A stretch of 64,000 nucleotides of DNA. Origin: Octopus sinensis. Lineage: Eukaryota. This document shows, one piece after another, positions 62,016 through 64,000 of the stretch. Every line of letters starts with the position of its first letter. Position 1 is the first letter of the stretch. Under the pieces are notes generated by a model. That model was not told the DNA's origin and made no database searches. It was given only the letters and a program-made list of their open reading frames with translations. The stretch is from contig NC_042999.1 in assembly GCF_006345805.1 (NCBI RefSeq), forward strand, positions 106,330,001-106,394,000. Direction: 5' to 3'. The position numbers and the translations under genes were made by a program.

Positions 62016-62410
62016 TACTCTTTACTCTTTTACTCTTTTACTTGTTTCAGTCATTTGACTGCGGCCATGCTGGAGCACCCCCTTTAGTCGAGCAAATCGA
62101 CCCTGGCACTTATTCTTTGTAAGGCCAGTACTTATTCTATCGGTCTCTTTTGCCGAACCGCTAAGTAACGGGGACGTAAACAGACCAGCATCGGTTGTCA
62201 ATCAATGCTAGAGGGACAAACACAGACACACAAACATATACACACATACATATATATACATATAAACGATAGGCTTCTTTTAGTTTCCGTCTACCAAATC
62301 CACTCACAAGGCTTTGGTCGGCCCGAGGCTATAGCAGAAGACACTTGCTCAAGATGGGACTGAACCCGGAACCATGTGGTTGGTTAGCAAGCTACTTACC
62401 ACACAGCCAC
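62016..62410 (-). mobile_element. SINE family A, full length with (TACTCTTT)n tail
   Basis: cagtcatttgactgcggccatgctggagcacc...ggctttggtcggcccgaggctatagcagaagacacttgc...cttaccacacagccac. Confidence 0.9.
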
Positions 62411-64000
62411 TCCTTATAAAAAGATATGAAACTATGTGAAACGAATGCATTTCTCTTACACTTTGTATATGTTTTCCATATATTTTCAGTTCATAATTTT
62501 TCCACGGGGTGTATACTGAATCTCCAGTATTTTTCTTCTCCTTTATATTTATATAATATTTATATATACACACATATTAGTATACATTAATCTCAAGAAC
62601 TTATGGAAAGACTGGTGATGAAAGGAAATCCTTAATGACAATTGAGAAATTTCTAGTGACTATTCTACAAACAATTTATTTTCTCTTCTCGACCGTCCGG
62701 TAGCTTTACAACGAATTACGCAATATAATATGCAGAATTTTTTTTAAAGAATCGTAGCGAATTTTAATTCTTATTTTATAAGCATTGAGTTCAATAACTT
62801 ATGAATACATCGAAATTATTTCTACTAACGCATATATAGCACATATATGTATAAACACACTAACACCCACGTACACACTATCATGCACATAATGGTAAGT
62901 TTACATACACACATAATCACTTTAGCATACGTATTGAAACACACACACAATCACACATAACTGTTCTCATACAAGCATATACAAGGTTTTCCTCGGTAGG
63001 TAAAGAAAATCAACACTTTAAGAGTACGTTTCTTTAACCATTATCGCAACAATATACTCTGAAATGGGAATCAGAGAAATTGATACAATGGGGTGTTAGT
63101 GTTTTTGGTGTTGGACATCATTAGCATTGTCAGTTATTTTTGGCATTACATAATTGTCTTCATGGCTGCACCTACATCCCCGATGCTATTACTATTAACT
63201 TATCCCCATCATCACTGTCACTGCCATCAATGTTATCCTCATCAACCTCCATTTAGTCATCACCATCATCATCACTATTGTCACCGTCTTCTTCTTCATT
63301 CTCATTGCCATCATCACCGTCGTTGTTTATTGATTCTCATCATAATATATATATTCATTATTTATAATACTTCTCCTATGAGGCATACCACCTATAAGAT
63401 GAATGTTATTGTCAGCATGCCTACAAGCTAAACAACGGTAATTATCATTGTCATCGCAGTAGGTTAACACGCAAGAAATTTCAATTAATAACTTAGCATA
63501 ATTCTCCAGCAAATTTGAATCATAGTTACGTATACCTCCTCGTTTCAGAGAACAGTCTGAAATACATATACACATATCTCACCCACTAATATGAAGCTTC
63601 CCCATCTGGAAACATTATCTGTCTCTCTATCTACCTCCCTTTGTTACTCTTTCTTTTCCTGAAAGTGGCTAATTAAAATGTCATATCATAAGAGATATTT
63701 CTTAGAATGAGATATTTAGTATTAATGAGACTCTGTAGGCGTCTGCACTAAGAAAATATTTATACCAAATGGTGGATTTGCTTTGACAAATACTTCATAC
63801 AATACCCTTCATTCATAGATATTACTAGTTTAGTGTAATGTAATTTTCTCTCCCATACATACACCCATAAACACTGAGTTGATCCACCAGAAGACAAAAG
63901 GAGGTAAACAGTGATTTTTTTCCGTCTGGATAAATGGTTTTACATTAGCACAAGTTAAAACTATGTAATGAAAATAGAGAGCATTTTCAAGTGTTGACTA

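Noticed and set aside
277-63575. Numerous ORFs rich in YI, CV, HT, poly-I/L/N/H/S (e.g. 38462..39064, 35336..35719, 23595..23888, 17604..17885)
   Set aside because: They are translations of (TA)n, (CA)n, (TAA)n and (CAT)n microsatellites, with no evidence of coding function.

Overview
AT-rich, microsatellite-dense eukaryotic DNA whose SINE and LINE content resembles coleoid cephalopod (Octopus-type) genomic sequence. The taxon is inferred from recalled repeat families, not from a search. No complete, recognisable host gene is visible, and most ORFs in the track are translated microsatellites. The window is dominated by transposable elements: a TA-flanked Tc1 (DD34E) with intact TIRs (3.5-5.2 kb), mariner DD34D remnants, a Tc1/TRT-like remnant, a near full-length but dead R4/Dong-clade RLE LINE plus further R4 pieces (most sitting in (TAA)n), an internally deleted Helitron, many tRNA-derived SINEs, and at least three distinct Penelope-like element (PLE) lineages. 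The clearest recurring structure is that three PLEs (15.1-17.0, 21.8-23.0, 57.2-61.7 kb) each carry an inverted copy of their own 3' terminal repeat at the 5' end. Those repeats contain minimal hammerhead-ribozyme-like motifs, including a U3-A8 core variant, and one pLTR contains a tRNA-like Pol III cassette. Other fold-back hairpins occur at 0.8, 7.9, 19.1, 31.2 and 48.5 kb. Scattered splice-bounded segments suggest host exons. Four minus-strand segments (37.6 to 34.5 kb) join in compatible phases into a reading frame broken by one TAA, and plus-strand signal-peptide-like and Cys-rich exons lie at 44-50 kb. These gene calls are tentative.
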